Numbered from the stretch's first letter, positions 27,260 to 39,248 are shown. The stretch is 64,000 nt of DNA from an uncultured Clostridia bacterium (GCA_963556905.1 CAUWAY010000003.1:920-64919); one strand, 5' to 3'. The notes: generated by a model from the letters alone, not told the origin. Translations and numbers: made by a program.

Positions 27260-29591
27260 CTATATAACTTCATTTAATTTTGTTGTCATTAATTTATAAA
27301 GTTCAGTATCTTTTGGGAATTTATTTATAAAAGGTATCAATGAATTTCCTATCTTTAATAGTCCGTGTCCTGCCTCAACATTTGTTATAAAGCTTAACTG
27401 TTGATCTGATATATTAAGTAATTTTGCAAGTTCTATTCTATCTGTACTTGCTTGATTAAGCATTATAATCAATTCACTATTAGCAAGCATTGTTCTTGCT
27501 AAATCACTTCTCAATAAATCTTCCACATTTTGTGTAATACCTGTACAACAAGCACCATATTTTCTAACTCTTTTCCATAAAGTAAAAAGGAAGTTAGCTG
27601 AATATTCATATTGAAATAATAAATATATTTCATCAATATAAATATATGTGCTTCTTCCTTTTTGTCTGTTTGCTGTTATTCTATTAAATATACTATCTAG
27701 TATTACTAACATTGCAATAGGTTGTAATTGTTTTTTTAATTCTAATATATTATAACAAACTAATCTATTGTGAATATTTACATTTGTTTGTTTTGCAAAA
27801 GTGTTCAGACTACCATTACTAAATAATTCTATTGCTAATGCTACATCTTTTGCCTCTTTCTCATTTTGTTTTAGTAATTCTTCTCTAAAATCTTTTAATG
27901 TTGGTGGATCTCCCTCATAATCGTTATCTTGATATTTTTTATATACATTTGCTGTACATCTATCAATTATTGATCTTTGCTGTGGCTCTAATGCTTTTCC
28001 CATTAATTGCTCACATAATGAAAGTACAAACTCTGATTTTAGCACTATTGGATTTGCATTATCTCCATAAAATTTATTCATATCCATTGCATTTATATGA
28101 TTTTTACTTGTCGAAGATATTTCTACAAGTTCTCCTCCGAGTTCTTTTACAAGTCCTGCAAATTCATTTTCTGGATCAATTATTATTATATCTGCGTCTT
28201 TTTCTTTTAACATTATTGAGCTTATTTCTTGTTTTGCTGTAAAACTTTTTCCACTACCAGAAACTCCAAGTATAAAACTATTTCCATTTAGCAACTGTTT
28301 TCTATCTAGTAATATCATATTTTTTGAAATTGCATTTTGTCCATAATATATTCCGTTTAGGATGTTGTACTTCTTGTACTTTAAAAGGCATAAATACTGC
28401 TAGACTTTCTGTTGTTAATGTTCTTAATGTTTCTATTGTTTCTATTCCAATAGGTAATGTTGTGTTTAGTCCATCTAGCTGTTGAAACCTTAATATGCCA
28501 AACTGACACAAATTTTTTCTTGCTGTTGTTAATATTGTCTCTGTTGTGTTTTCAAGTTCTTTCTCTGTATCTGCAATAAATACTACTGTAATTAATCCTA
28601 AAAACATACGCTGATCTCTTGTCATTAAATCATTTAAGAAATCTCTTGCTTCCTGTTCTTGTTGTTCCATATCAAATGGAACTGATGCAAAAAAATTATT
28701 ATTTTCGCTTTGTTTTCTTATATAATTTGCTTTATTTGTTTCTACTCCTAGCAATATTCGTTCTGCGTCTTTTATTGCCTCATCTGTTGCTACTGGAGTT
28801 ATATCTATTGTTAATGTTAAGTTTTTGCTAATGTCTGTTAACTCTGCTATCATACTATCTTTTATAAATGAGGCATATTCTTTTAGAAATATTACTCTAC
28901 CAAATTTATCTCCCATTTTAAAGTAATCCTTTTTAAACTCAAAACTATCTGGACATATATAATCTTTGAAACTGTGTCCTTTTTGCATATTGTCTATCAT
29001 ATCAAAATTAAAACTACTTTCCTCTCCTATTCTATAAAAGTTATGTAGCATTTTTAATCTTTCGTTTGAATCTAATTCTATACAAATTGAATTTAACTTT
29101 TTAAAGTGTTTATTTAATTCTAATGCTATTCTTCTAAAAGCCGTTCGTGCCTCATCCAAGTTTTTCTTTTTTATAGTTATTGTTATATATTTTTCTTGCA
29201 CAATTCCGTTACTTGTTTTTGCCCCCTCATCAATTAGCCTATTATATTCACTTCTTAATCTGTCAAGTCTGTCTTTTTCATTTTCTATCTTAATGTTATT
29301 TTCTATATTTTGTTCATTCATTTTACTATTTAATATACTAATTTTTACAAGCATTTCGCATTCAAAAGAATTAAGTATCTGCATATAATCTAAAAACATT
29401 GACTCTTTATCTTCTTCACTTGCTACTATATAGTTAATATCTGTAAATTTAAAAGTCTTTGAATATTTGTTTTTACCTACTAGAAATACTCCATCTCGCC
29501 ATATTCTCTTTACTGGTATAACATCTTGCACACCTTTTGGAATTATATATTTTTCCTTATCTTTTTTGAATAAATCAAATAATCTAAACAT
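27260..29591 (-). pseudogene. VirB4-like conjugative ATPase (Tn916 Orf16/TcpF-like), split by a frameshift at about 28302-28318
   Basis: The 429-aa N-terminal part and the 352-aa C-terminal part overlap by 17 nt. The C-terminal part carries Walker A, GVSGSGKSF. A T6 run lies at the junction. Confidence 0.75.
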
Positions 29592-30000
29592 TTTTTGCCC
29601 TCCTTTTTCCTTTTCTGTTCTTTTTTTCTTTCTTATTTTGCTTTTCTTTTTTGTTCTTCTTTCGGTCTTTTTCGCATTGCCTATACATATCTAAATATAA
29701 ATTATTAGGTTTGAAGACTAATTTTTTAGGTGTTAATATCTCAGATTTAATCCAAGCTATTAAAAATTTTTCTGCTGTCATTCCGTTATATTTTGCAAAT
29801 CCTAATAATGCAAAAGGAACTGCACCTGCCATACATAGCCACGATACAGTTCCTGTATTATTAAATATTGGTTTTGATATAAAATATATTCCTACTGCTA
29901 CAATGCAAGCTAATGTCGAACATATAAATTGCCTCATTGTCAGTCCAAAAAATATATTTTCTTTGTACTGTCTTATTTCTTTGTTTATCTTAACTTCCAT
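29584..30000 (-). CDS. Small conjugation membrane protein (TcpE/Orf17-like, VirB3-like)
   Basis: 138 aa with two TM helices and a Lys-rich tail. Its position is directly upstream of VirB4. Confidence 0.45.
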   Translation of the reverse strand: MEVKINKEIRQYKENIFFGLTMRQFICSTLACIVAVGIYFISKPIFNNTGTVSWLCMAGAVPFALLGFAKYNGMTAEKFLIAWIKSEILTPKKLVFKPNNLYLDMYRQCEKDRKKNKKEKQNKKEKKNRKGKRRAKNV

Positions 30001-30006
30001 AATATT

Positions 30007-31182
30007 CTATCTTTCCCTTTCTTTGTTTTTTTTACTTTTCTTTTCTTCAAAAGTATCTGCTAGATTTCCTCCTGTTTTTACTTTTTCAAAATCTTTTTTT
30101 GCTCTTTTTAAGTCATTACCATAATAGTAACCATAGCCCCATTTTACCCTTTTATCATCTACTTCATAATGAAAAGCTACAATATATTCTTTTGTTCCAT
30201 CTTTAAATTGATGTTCTACAAGTGCTACTTTATCACTATTTCTTTTTCCTGTTTCAAGTATACATTTATTGTCTTTGTGTGAATAACATAGATATTCACT
30301 TTGTATTATTTCTTGATTGTCACTAAGCCATTCTTGTAACATTTCATAAGCAGAATATTTAGTATTTTTGTATCCTTCACTTTGTAAAAACCTATTTGCT
30401 ATTAAATTACAAAAGTCATAATTTATATCACATTCTGTTGTATCAGACTTTGATAGCATATCATTCAATAAGTCATAACCTAAAATAAAAGTAAAGTATG
30501 CTTTTTCACTTTCAATATTTCTATTCTTGATATATACATCATCTATATAATCTTTAATATTTTGTTTTAAACCTATTGTATTTAATGATATTGTTTCAAT
30601 ATTTTCTCCATTGATATAATCTTGCTGATTTTCATATATTTGAACTAACTTTTCTTTATTGTTATCTAAATTCATATCATCTGCCACACAGATATATCCT
30701 TTATATTTCATTGTTTCTCCAAATGCTAATCCTTCAAAATATTGCATTATATCTGGTGTATTTAAACCTGTTTTTTTATCTAAATATTCTTTTGTAATTC
30801 CATTATCTGCACAATATTGTAAGTAATTTTGTACTCCATCTTTATAATCTATATCTTCTGGATATAATTCGTGAATGGAGTTCCAGATACTATAATGAAC
30901 ATCATCAGTCATATATGCAATTTGTTTACCTTCTTCTAAATAATTATAAATATAATAATCAAAGTTATAATCCCATTCTGGAACATATTGAAAACCCTCT
31001 TTATAATTCTTTGAAAGTGGATTAAACTCTATTGCCTCATCTGCACCATCACTTGCTAATACATAAGTTTCATTTGTTTCTTGATCCACCAAAATATAAT
31101 CAATATGCTTATTTTGGTGTTCCATATTTTCCATTAAAAAAGTTTCTATATCTTCTTTTACTTTTTTGATTTTCTCGTTCAC
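30007..31182 (-). CDS. Hypothetical acidic protein inside the conjugation module
   Basis: 391 aa, intact, with no confident motif. Confidence 0.45.
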   Translation of the reverse strand: MNEKIKKVKEDIETFLMENMEHQNKHIDYILVDQETNETYVLASDGADEAIEFNPLSKNYKEGFQYVPEWDYNFDYYIYNYLEEGKQIAYMTDDVHYSIWNSIHELYPEDIDYKDGVQNYLQYCADNGITKEYLDKKTGLNTPDIMQYFEGLAFGETMKYKGYICVADDMNLDNNKEKLVQIYENQQDYINGENIETISLNTIGLKQNIKDYIDDVYIKNRNIESEKAYFTFILGYDLLNDMLSKSDTTECDINYDFCNLIANRFLQSEGYKNTKYSAYEMLQEWLSDNQEIIQSEYLCYSHKDNKCILETGKRNSDKVALVEHQFKDGTKEYIVAFHYEVDDKRVKWGYGYYYGNDLKRAKKDFEKVKTGGNLADTFEEKKSKKNKERER

Positions 31183-31194
31183 AATTTATACCTC

Positions 31195-32034
31195 CTATAA
31201 TCCCATCATTTCTCGCACAACTCTGTCTGACATTTTAATAGTTCCTACAAGAACCAACATATTGAAAACTAACTCTCCAATATAACTCCATACTTGCGTT
31301 GCAACAGGTGCATTAATATCAACAGCTGGTGGTGTAGACGCAAATAATGAAAATATGATACAAGAAAGAACAATAATTGCTCCCTCCAAACATACTGAAG
31401 TATAAGATTTTATAAAACTTTTGGCTACACTCTGCGATGGCTCTCCTGCCATTGCTGATAATGGTATTGGAGCTATTGCTGTATATAGATAAAGTTTGAA
31501 AAACCTACCATATACACTCATTATCATTACAAAAGAAAGTACAGTTATAAATAATCCTCCAATAATCGTAATTGCCCATAATGGAATGCTCTCGAAAAAA
31601 CCGGCAACTTTCTATTGCTGAAATTATTTCTGAAGGTATAACTGTACTTGTGCTGTTTCCAAAACCTGCTGAACTCATTATTGTAGAACTTACACCTTGT
31701 ACTATTTTAAATATTGCTAGCATTAAATCTAATCCATACACTACTACTGTATATGCTATTGCAAATCTCAAAAATAACTTAAATGCGTGTTCCGGTTTCT
31801 TTACTTCTGAAAATGAATTACAAGTCTTGATAACTCCTGCTAAAAAGAAAATTACTAGCAACGCAATTCCGTATTGCCTGCACTGCTCCGTGTATATTAA
31901 TAATTACATTCCATATACCACCGTCCCTTAAAGTCTTCTGGAGTTTGAGAAACTAATTGCCATATCTCTCCTAGTTTCCCATTCCAAGTATTTATTGCAT
32001 TTTGTAGATTCCCTACAATCCAATTATCACTCAA
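31195..32034 (-). pseudogene. VirB6/TcpH/Orf15-like multi-pass membrane protein with at least 3 frameshifts
   Basis: There is a TTG start after a GGAGG RBS. The hydrophobic reading frame jumps at about 31930, about 31885 and about 31598. Track ORFs 31505-31861 and 31195-31527 are fragments of one gene. Confidence 0.5.
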
Positions 32035-32086
32035 ATTTATCGCCTCCTATATTTTTTAGAGGGCATTCTTATTTTTCTTCAATTTT

Positions 32087-32431
32087 CTAGCCTAAAATTA
32101 GTTCTAGTATTTGTTTTGCAAAAGCTATAATTACTCCACCTGCAAGAGTCATAAATCCATTTGCCCTTTGTGATGGGTCGTGTGATTTTATAGCCATACC
32201 TATTTGCACAATTCCCCATAATAGCAAAATTGCTCCTATTGCTCCTATTATTTGATACATAAAACCTTTTAAATTGTTTATAACTGCTAAAGGATCATTT
32301 GTTGCAAATACAGTATTGTTTCCAACTACTAATACAATTCCAATTACTAAAACTTTTAGTATTATATTTAATAACTTTTGTTTACTTATTTTCTTTTTCA
32401 TAAAAAAATTCCTCTCTTTCTGAGAGGGCAT
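32087..32431 (-). CDS. Small membrane protein, possible VirB2/TrbC-like pilin-type subunit
   Basis: 114 aa with a signal-like N-terminus and two hydrophobic helices. Confidence 0.4.
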   Translation of the reverse strand: MPSQKERNFFMKKKISKQKLLNIILKVLVIGIVLVVGNNTVFATNDPLAVINNLKGFMYQIIGAIGAILLLWGIVQIGMAIKSHDPSQRANGFMTLAGGVIIAFAKQILELILG

Positions 32432-32456
32432 ATTAACTTATTTTATTTTCTTCAAA

Positions 32457-34329
32457 TTATTTATTCTTCATTGACTCTTTTTTTAAATAATCATCAATTT
32501 CTTCATCAACTAAAATTTCATATTTTTCTATATCTTTATACTCTCTGCATTTAATATCGTTTACAGCTGTTTCTATTGATATAGTAGCAATAGCATTTTT
32601 TGTATTGCCGTGAATATAAGGTTTGTACCCTCCATCTTCTGTTAGTTTGATATTAGGGTGTGCAAATGTATTATATTTTAAATCTATTATTGGTCTTTCT
32701 CCTCTTATAAATAATAAAGCATACTTATTATCTAGCATTCTCACTTCGTCTGGTGTCATTAGCTCCCTACCTGCTATTTGGTAGTTTGTACTATAACTTC
32801 CAGAATGCCCTGTACTTTTTCCATAGGTGTTTGTATCAATAGTTTCCTTTCCTAAAAGCTCACTGATATACTTATGTGTGGACTGTTCATTTCCTCCTAA
32901 ATACAAAAGTTCATCACAGTTACCAACTATGCTTTCCCATTGTTTCTCAAAAAGTGTCTTCAATTGTGCAAGATTTTGTAAAATAATGCTTACAGATATA
33001 CCGTCTTGACCTCATTGTAGCTAAAATTTTATCAAAATCGTCTGGCAAACTTACATTCGCAAATTCGTCCATTATAAAATGCACATTTACAGGCAATGCT
33101 CCTTTATATTTATGGTCTGCTATATAAAATAGTTGTTGAAATATTTGTGTATATAGCATTGAAACAATAAAATTAAATGATGTGTCATTATCTGGTATCA
33201 ATGCAAACAATGCAACTTTCTTTTCTCCTATGCTTGCTAAATCCATTTCATCATCCATTGTTAAGTTTGCTAAATCTCTCAAATTAAACTTTTCTAATCG
33301 TGAGGCTAGTGTTACTTGAATTGATTTCAATGTTTTAGCTGAACCAGAGTGATAACTCCTATAATATTTCAATGCTATATGCTGTGGATTTGTTTCTTCT
33401 ATCATTTTAAATAATGTATCTAACGGGCTTTCATATTCGTCATCATCTTCTTTTACATCTCCTGCCCTTAATAACTCTAATACCATATCAAAGTTTTGTT
33501 CATATTCTGGAGCTTCATATTTTAATAAAAAGATTAGGGACATCAAAAGCATTGACGCTGCCGTATCCCAGAACGGATCGTTGCTTTGACTTCCGTTTTG
33601 GTGTTGTACTTTTAAACAAGTTTGTTACTAACTTTTGAATATCATTATCAGTTTTTAAATATGCAAAAGGATTATAACCAGAACTTAAATTCATATTGAT
33701 TAAGTCTAATACTCTTACTTCAAATCCGTTTTGCTCTAACATATAACCTGTGTCCCTCAATATCTCGGCTTTTGGGTCTAAAATTATATACGAATTGTTA
33801 GAAGCTTGTAATAAATTTGGTTTTGCATAAAATAATGTTTTCCCTGCTCCGACTTCCGTCCAATTACTAATGTATTAAGATTTCTTCTGTGTTTTTTAGC
33901 ATTTAGTCCTAATCTTATATCTTGTGTTAATATTCTGTTTTCACTTTCTGGTAGTTGTTTATATTTTTTATTAACTTCTCTTGTATTTCCCCATTTAGCT
34001 GATCCGTGTTCTTTACCTTTTTTATAATTCTTTCTAGTAGAAAAGTATACTCCTATTCCTACAAAATAAGAAAGTAAAAAAATAAGAACAGTTTTTACAC
34101 TATTCTCAACAATAATTATTTTAAATGGCGTACTTAACACTATTGGTAATTCATTTATTATTTTTGCAAGTCCACCATTTAATAATGGTGCTACTAAAAG
34201 TGCAAACCATATCACAGGTATTATTCCAATAATAGTTAGTATTATATATATTCTATTATCTTGTTTCATCTCTATCTCCTTTTTTTCGATGGAATATTCC
34301 TTTTTGCTTTTTAGATGGTGCTTTTGCAA
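32457..34329 (-). pseudogene. VirD4/TraG/TcpA-type coupling protein (T4CP), fragmented into at least 4 ORFs
   Basis: An N-terminal TM region is followed by Walker A, VGAGKTLFYAKPN, which only appears in a shifted frame at about 33830. Downstream NTP-binding and C-terminal parts lie in the ORFs 33515-33760, 32947-33552 and 32457-32963. Confidence 0.7.
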
Positions 34330-34474
34330 TTTTTATTATAACTTTATCTATTAAGTCTGTTTCTTTTTCTTGCTGTCTTAATTCATTTTTCATACTTAAT
34401 AACGAATTTAATATAATTGCATACACTATTCTGTCCATTTCAACTACTCTTTTTTCATCTTCCATAAAACTTTC

Positions 34475-35362
34475 CTACCTTTCATATTCTCTATTAATTT
34501 TAGTTCTATTTTGCATTCCAACATCTATGTCCATTCCCTCTGCTAGTATTTCAAAACATTCTCGTCCTTTTCCTAACTCTGCTTTAATTTCTTGTGGTGT
34601 CATTTGTTTTAATTCTTCTGGTATTATTTCAAAATCAAAGTCTTTTGTTGATACTCCATATCTCTTACATACCATATATGCAACACTTTCGTTTTTGAAA
34701 GTATTTAATTCTGATTCTCCAAAGGATAATGTATGAATGCTTGCAATTTCTCTTACTAGCCCCTTAATTGTTTGTTCTACTTCTGCTCTTTCTGATACTT
34801 CTATTACTCTTTTATCTACATTAAAATTAACTAACTTATTGCTAAAGGTATTTGCCACAATAGTCACTTCTACTGGAGACATAGATAATATAGATTTCAT
34901 TATACTTTCTTTTGAAAATGGTATTGCATTTAACTGTTTTTTTACTCTCATATCTGAAATATCATAAACATTTTTAGGATTATAACTCTGTGCCTCTGTT
35001 CCATCATCCCTTTGGTAAATATCTCCTTGTTCTAATATAATTATTTTGTTTGGTTTTCCTGCAAAATTTATATTTTCTTTTTTCCATCCTTCTGCGTCCT
35101 TTAATTGTGTAGCTTTTGGATTTTGTGCTGTAACAAGTAGTGCATTTCCTACTGAATAAGTTGGGAACTTACTTTGTACATCTAAATAAGTTTTGTATAT
35201 TTGCCCATTTTCTGTTATTTTTCTTGCCATTTCATCTTGTGTACTATATGCAAATTCTCTATCTTGTTGTTTTCCTTTCCCCCATTCCTCTGCATCAAAT
35301 TCCTTTTTATTACTTTGAACATTATTAACTGCACTTTTTATAATATCATTTATCATACTCAT
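34475..35362 (-). CDS. Hypothetical conjugation-associated protein (weak ArdC/ssDNA-binding-like N-terminus)
   Basis: 295 aa. YLDVQSKFPTYSVGNALLVTAQNPKATQL...GWKK loosely resembles the ArdC N-domain. Confidence 0.3.
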   Translation of the reverse strand: MSMINDIIKSAVNNVQSNKKEFDAEEWGKGKQQDREFAYSTQDEMARKITENGQIYKTYLDVQSKFPTYSVGNALLVTAQNPKATQLKDAEGWKKENINFAGKPNKIIILEQGDIYQRDDGTEAQSYNPKNVYDISDMRVKKQLNAIPFSKESIMKSILSMSPVEVTIVANTFSNKLVNFNVDKRVIEVSERAEVEQTIKGLVREIASIHTLSFGESELNTFKNESVAYMVCKRYGVSTKDFDFEIIPEELKQMTPQEIKAELGKGRECFEILAEGMDIDVGMQNRTKINREYER

Positions 35363-35365
35363 AAA

Positions 35366-36172
35366 TTATTTGCTCCTTTCCTTTTTTCTATTTTTCTTTT
35401 TTGGTTGTTTGTGTTTTGTTTCATTTAATTTTTCTTTTTTTGGTGTTTCTTTTATTTCTTCATTTGCTTTTTGTTTTTCTTGTTCTTCGCTCTGTTTTTT
35501 TATTGTATCTAGTTTTTCTCTTATTGATGGTTTTTCTTCTTTTTTAGTCCCCTCCATCTTTTCGCTTACTTTCAATAAATTCTCTGATGGAACTTCTTTC
35601 TCCGTAACTGGAATGTTACTGGGATTGATATTCTCATTTTCCTCCTTATTGTTTTGTTTTTTCATTAGTTTATTTAATAAATCTTGTGATGTGTTTTTTT
35701 CTTGAATCTCTTTTTGTATTTTTTTTTTCTCTTTTGGTATTTGTGTAGGATTTTCTTTTTCTGCTTTTTCTAATACTTCATCTAATTGCGATTGTTGAAC
35801 TGTTGTTAAGTTATAATTTTCTACTATTCTATTTATTAAAACTGCATCATCTTCTTTAACAACAATATCAATAACACCATTTTGATTTCCTTTTAAATAT
35901 ATTGCACTATATGGAACTTTATATTTTTTTGCACCTTTTTTAAAGTCTTCTAAGTTCTCTTTTTGAATACTAAATATTTTAAAATTCCCCTTACTTTTTA
36001 ACATTTTATTTAGTCCTACTTTACCTGTTTTGTGTTCATTTCTTTCTTTTGACATAGCATATAACATTACTGCCATTTCTTTTGCCATACTTCCTGTTAG
36101 TTTTGCTACAACTTCAAATCCCTCTAAACTTAATCGTACAATTTCTTCTGCACTATCACTTGATGTACTCAT
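35366..36172 (-). CDS. PcfB/DUF3801-like conjugal transfer protein
   Basis: SAEEIVRLSLEGFEVVAKLTG...GKVGLNKMLK..FKIFSI...AKKYKVPYS...VIDIVVKEDDAVLINRIVE matches the DUF3801 pattern. The likely start is MSTSSDS. Confidence 0.5.
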   Translation of the reverse strand: MSTSSDSAEEIVRLSLEGFEVVAKLTGSMAKEMAVMLYAMSKERNEHKTGKVGLNKMLKSKGNFKIFSIQKENLEDFKKGAKKYKVPYSAIYLKGNQNGVIDIVVKEDDAVLINRIVENYNLTTVQQSQLDEVLEKAEKENPTQIPKEKKKIQKEIQEKNTSQDLLNKLMKKQNNKEENENINPSNIPVTEKEVPSENLLKVSEKMEGTKKEEKPSIREKLDTIKKQSEEQEKQKANEEIKETPKKEKLNETKHKQPKKKNRKKERSK

Positions 36173-37499
36173 AGTCTTTTTTCTCCTTTCCTTTTTGGAT
36201 TTTTTCTTTCTCATCTAATTCTTTTAGATTTTGTTTTATCTTTGGTACTCTTGCCTCAATTTCCTTACATTTTTTTATTTCGTGTTTTAGGTATTGAATT
36301 TTTCCTGCTATTTGAGAGAGTTTCGTATAATTTTCTTGTCTTTCTTCTTTCTTCAGTTTTGTATTTTGATAGTATAATTTATCTCGCTCCTCCTCAAGAT
36401 TTTTAAGTTCTCCGTCTAATGTTTGCATATATAAAGAAAGCTCCTTTGTAGTCTTAATATCATTACTACAAAGGAGTCTTGCTTCCTCTGATATTCTTTC
36501 CATTTTTTGTACATCTGCTTTAATTGAAATTGGTGTTTTTCTTCTTTTTTCTGTTTTAGGATATATCTTTAATAAGTAACAATAATATAAATATAATGCT
36601 TTAATTCCTTTTGCTTTTTTCTTGTTTTTTATCTTTCCTTTATAAATGTATAATTTATTTGAACGCTTTTCTGGAAATGGCAATTTTATTGCTTTTTCTG
36701 TTTTAATTCTTGATTTTATTTGTTCTATGGTATAATCATCTCCAAAGGCTCTTGCTACTCTTATATTTTTTGTATATGGTTCTTTTCTTATGCTCAACTT
36801 ACCTGCTCTATAAATAAGTTCATAGTTCATTGCTTTTAGTAAATTTTCAAATCCTTTATAGGTATTTGACTGTGTAATTGCATAATCAATATCTTGTTTG
36901 GTTTGTGTATGATAATTAGATTTTTTTGTATATTTTTCAAAATACTTGTTATAATCAATCTTATATTTTCCTGTTGGCTTTTCTGTCAAAACTGACAGTC
37001 CATATTCTCTGCACAGATTATCTGATGTATGTCTTATTAAAGCATAAGTTTCGTCATTATCATAATACTTTTTACCGTCTATAAATGAAACTGAATTGAG
37101 TACAAAATGGTTGTGTACACAATGAGTATTTAAGTGAGTAGTAACTACAACTTGGAAACGATCTCCCCATATTTCTTCTGCAAGTTTTATTCCTATCTTG
37201 TGTGCAACTTCTGGTGTTACTTCGCCCTCTTTAAAAGATTGAAATGCGTGGTAACCTAAAATTCCATCTTCTTTATCAAATATCTTTTTTGTTTCCATCA
37301 TTTCTTGTAATATAGTGTCTTCGCTACAATTTATTGCTGTAACATATAGTTGTTCTTCTGTTTTGTAACTTGCCTTTGCATATTCAACGACTCTGTGCAA
37401 ATTATAATAACTATCTGCATTTGTTTTCTTTTCATTTACTATATAGTCAATAACATTATCTAGTCTTGTTTGTATGTCCCATATTTTAGTTGTTGCCAT
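36156..37499 (-). CDS. Relaxase/mobilization nuclease (MobA/VirD2-type)
   Basis: 447 aa with the histidine triad HLNTHCVHNHFVLNSV and a coiled-coil C-terminus. Confidence 0.8.
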   Translation of the reverse strand: MATTKIWDIQTRLDNVIDYIVNEKKTNADSYYNLHRVVEYAKASYKTEEQLYVTAINCSEDTILQEMMETKKIFDKEDGILGYHAFQSFKEGEVTPEVAHKIGIKLAEEIWGDRFQVVVTTHLNTHCVHNHFVLNSVSFIDGKKYYDNDETYALIRHTSDNLCREYGLSVLTEKPTGKYKIDYNKYFEKYTKKSNYHTQTKQDIDYAITQSNTYKGFENLLKAMNYELIYRAGKLSIRKEPYTKNIRVARAFGDDYTIEQIKSRIKTEKAIKLPFPEKRSNKLYIYKGKIKNKKKAKGIKALYLYYCYLLKIYPKTEKRRKTPISIKADVQKMERISEEARLLCSNDIKTTKELSLYMQTLDGELKNLEEERDKLYYQNTKLKKEERQENYTKLSQIAGKIQYLKHEIKKCKEIEARVPKIKQNLKELDEKEKIQKGKEKKDYEYIK

Positions 37500-37514
37500 T
37501 GTATCTCCTCCAAA

Positions 37515-37844
37515 CTATTTTAAATATTTTTCTACTATTCTCATTCTTAATTCATCAATACCTTTTAGCATTTTTTCTACTCTTTTTGTATCTAATTCTC
37601 TTGTATATTTAGTTAAATCTTTTATCGTTTTTATTTCTTTTCTCAACTTTACAAGTTCTTTCATTGTTTCGTAAAATTCTAGTGGTGGCTTTTCTTTTAT
37701 TGTAGATCCCTTTATCAATTTTCTTACAATTTGTACTTCTGTCATTCCAGATAAGTTACTTAAATTTTTTAATGTATTATCTTCATCTTCGTCAAACCAA
37801 AAATTCTTTTTTATTCTTCTTTTTCTCATAATATTTCCTTTCAT
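37515..37844 (-). CDS. MobC-like relaxosome accessory protein
   Basis: 109 aa reading RKRRIKKNFWFDEDEDNTLKNLSNLSGMTEVQIVRKLI. Confidence 0.55.
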   Translation of the reverse strand: MKGNIMRKRRIKKNFWFDEDEDNTLKNLSNLSGMTEVQIVRKLIKGSTIKEKPPLEFYETMKELVKLRKEIKTIKDLTKYTRELDTKRVEKMLKGIDELRMRIVEKYLK

Positions 37845-37862
37845 TTATTTATATTTTAAAAT

Positions 37863-37882
37863 GGGGATTGGGGCATTGCCCC
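37863..37882. promoter_or_regulatory. Candidate oriT inverted repeat, a GC-rich IR in AT-rich DNA upstream of mobC
   Basis: TGGGGATTGGGGCATTGCCCC contains GGGGCA-T-TGCCCC. Confidence 0.3.
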
Positions 37883-37932
37883 ATAATATCGAATTTTTCT
37901 TGGGAGGAAAAATTCAGTGCTTGTTAGGAATA

Positions 37933-38280
37933 TCATTGGTGTATAATATCGTCCAATAACATACAAGTTCCACACTTTTTACAAGGAATTTTTATTTGTT
38001 CTTCTTTATTTTTTTCTATAATTTCTTCTGTTAGTTTTACAAATTTTTTATTTTTTTCTTCTACAATTTCTCCTAACATTTCTTTTAATTTTTTCTCTAA
38101 ATTATCAGAATAAAATTCTCCTATTTCATAATGAATTTCATCTTTATTTGCATCGTCAAAATTAATTGTTCCATCTACTATTTGTTTTACAACTTTTTCT
38201 CTTGATTCTTTCTCATTTCTTGCTCTTATTCCTACAATTTTTTCTACACTTTTTGTTACACAAAGTAAATAATTTTTCAT
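37933..38280 (-). CDS. Hypothetical protein with a C-terminal CxxC..C motif
   Basis: 115-aa ORF. Confidence 0.4.
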   Translation of the reverse strand: MKNYLLCVTKSVEKIVGIRARNEKESREKVVKQIVDGTINFDDANKDEIHYEIGEFYSDNLEKKLKEMLGEIVEEKNKKFVKLTEEIIEKNKEEQIKIPCKKCGTCMLLDDIIHQ

Positions 38281-38282
38281 AA

Positions 38283-39239
38283 CTATCTTGTCCTTTCTTT
38301 TTCCATTTTTTTAATACCTTTTTTCAAACATAAATATTCGTTTACATCTTTTCCATAAGGCATTGGTCTATCAAAAACTTTATATTTTTCACTCAATACT
38401 TGCTGAAAAAAAGCACTTGCATTTCTTCCTGCTAAATCTCTATCTAAGTGCAAATGTATTTCGTTTACATTAGGATTTTTTTCTAAAAATTCAGTTAATG
38501 AAACTGGAATTTTTGTTTTTTCTAAATCATATTTTGAGGAATAAATCCCTCCTAATGAAAGTAAATTTTCTTCCCTCCAGTTTCTATTTTCTAAACTTAA
38601 AAGAGTAGCAAATGATAATAAATCAATGCTACTTTCGAATAAATGAACTATATTATTTTTTTGTCCTGATTTTATTTTAAATGAATATTTTTTATTACTT
38701 CCTGTTGCCTCTCTCATAAATCTTTCTTGATTAGTTGCTCTGCAAAAAGCATATCTTGGAATTTTATTGTCATCATAACCAATAAATACTGCATTGTTTG
38801 TTCTTTCTTCTTGATAAAGTAATTTATTTTCAATGCAATATTTTATTATTTCTTTATCAATTCCTCTTGATAATAGATAATTCATTGCTCTATCATTATT
38901 AATTGCTTTTACTGGTATTTTTAATTTTTTTTCGTAGTTTTTTTCTTGCTGTTCACATCTAACTGGTGCTTGTATTTTTATATTTCCCATAACAGTTTGT
39001 ACTGCATTTATAAATGTGTAATTTTTGACTTTCATTAAATAGTCTATTGCACTTTTTCCACCTATTCCTTTTGAAAACCAATACCATAAACCATTACTAA
39101 TTTTTAAACTGTCGTGTTCTTTTGTTACAAAAGTATTTCTACATACCTCTACTAACTGGTTTGGCTCATAATTTTTTAAATAAGTAAGCAAATCAATTTG
39201 CCTTGCTTGTGCAACTATTTCTGGTGCAATATATGGCAT
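38283..39239 (-). CDS. DUF3991/TOPRIM-domain protein (primase-like, conjugation-associated)
   Basis: 318 aa. The TOPRIM acidic motif is IHLHLDRDLAGR. Confidence 0.6.
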   Translation of the reverse strand: MPYIAPEIVAQARQIDLLTYLKNYEPNQLVEVCRNTFVTKEHDSLKISNGLWYWFSKGIGGKSAIDYLMKVKNYTFINAVQTVMGNIKIQAPVRCEQQEKNYEKKLKIPVKAINNDRAMNYLLSRGIDKEIIKYCIENKLLYQEERTNNAVFIGYDDNKIPRYAFCRATNQERFMREATGSNKKYSFKIKSGQKNNIVHLFESSIDLLSFATLLSLENRNWREENLLSLGGIYSSKYDLEKTKIPVSLTEFLEKNPNVNEIHLHLDRDLAGRNASAFFQQVLSEKYKVFDRPMPYGKDVNEYLCLKKGIKKMEKERTR

Positions 39240-39248
39240 ATTTTTCGC

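Noticed and set aside
34256-34465. 69-aa ORF overlapping the N-terminus of the coupling-protein gene
   Set aside because: It overlaps the better-supported T4CP N-terminal ORF by about 70 nt and has no motif. It could be real if the T4CP starts at the internal MKQDNR, but the evidence is insufficient.
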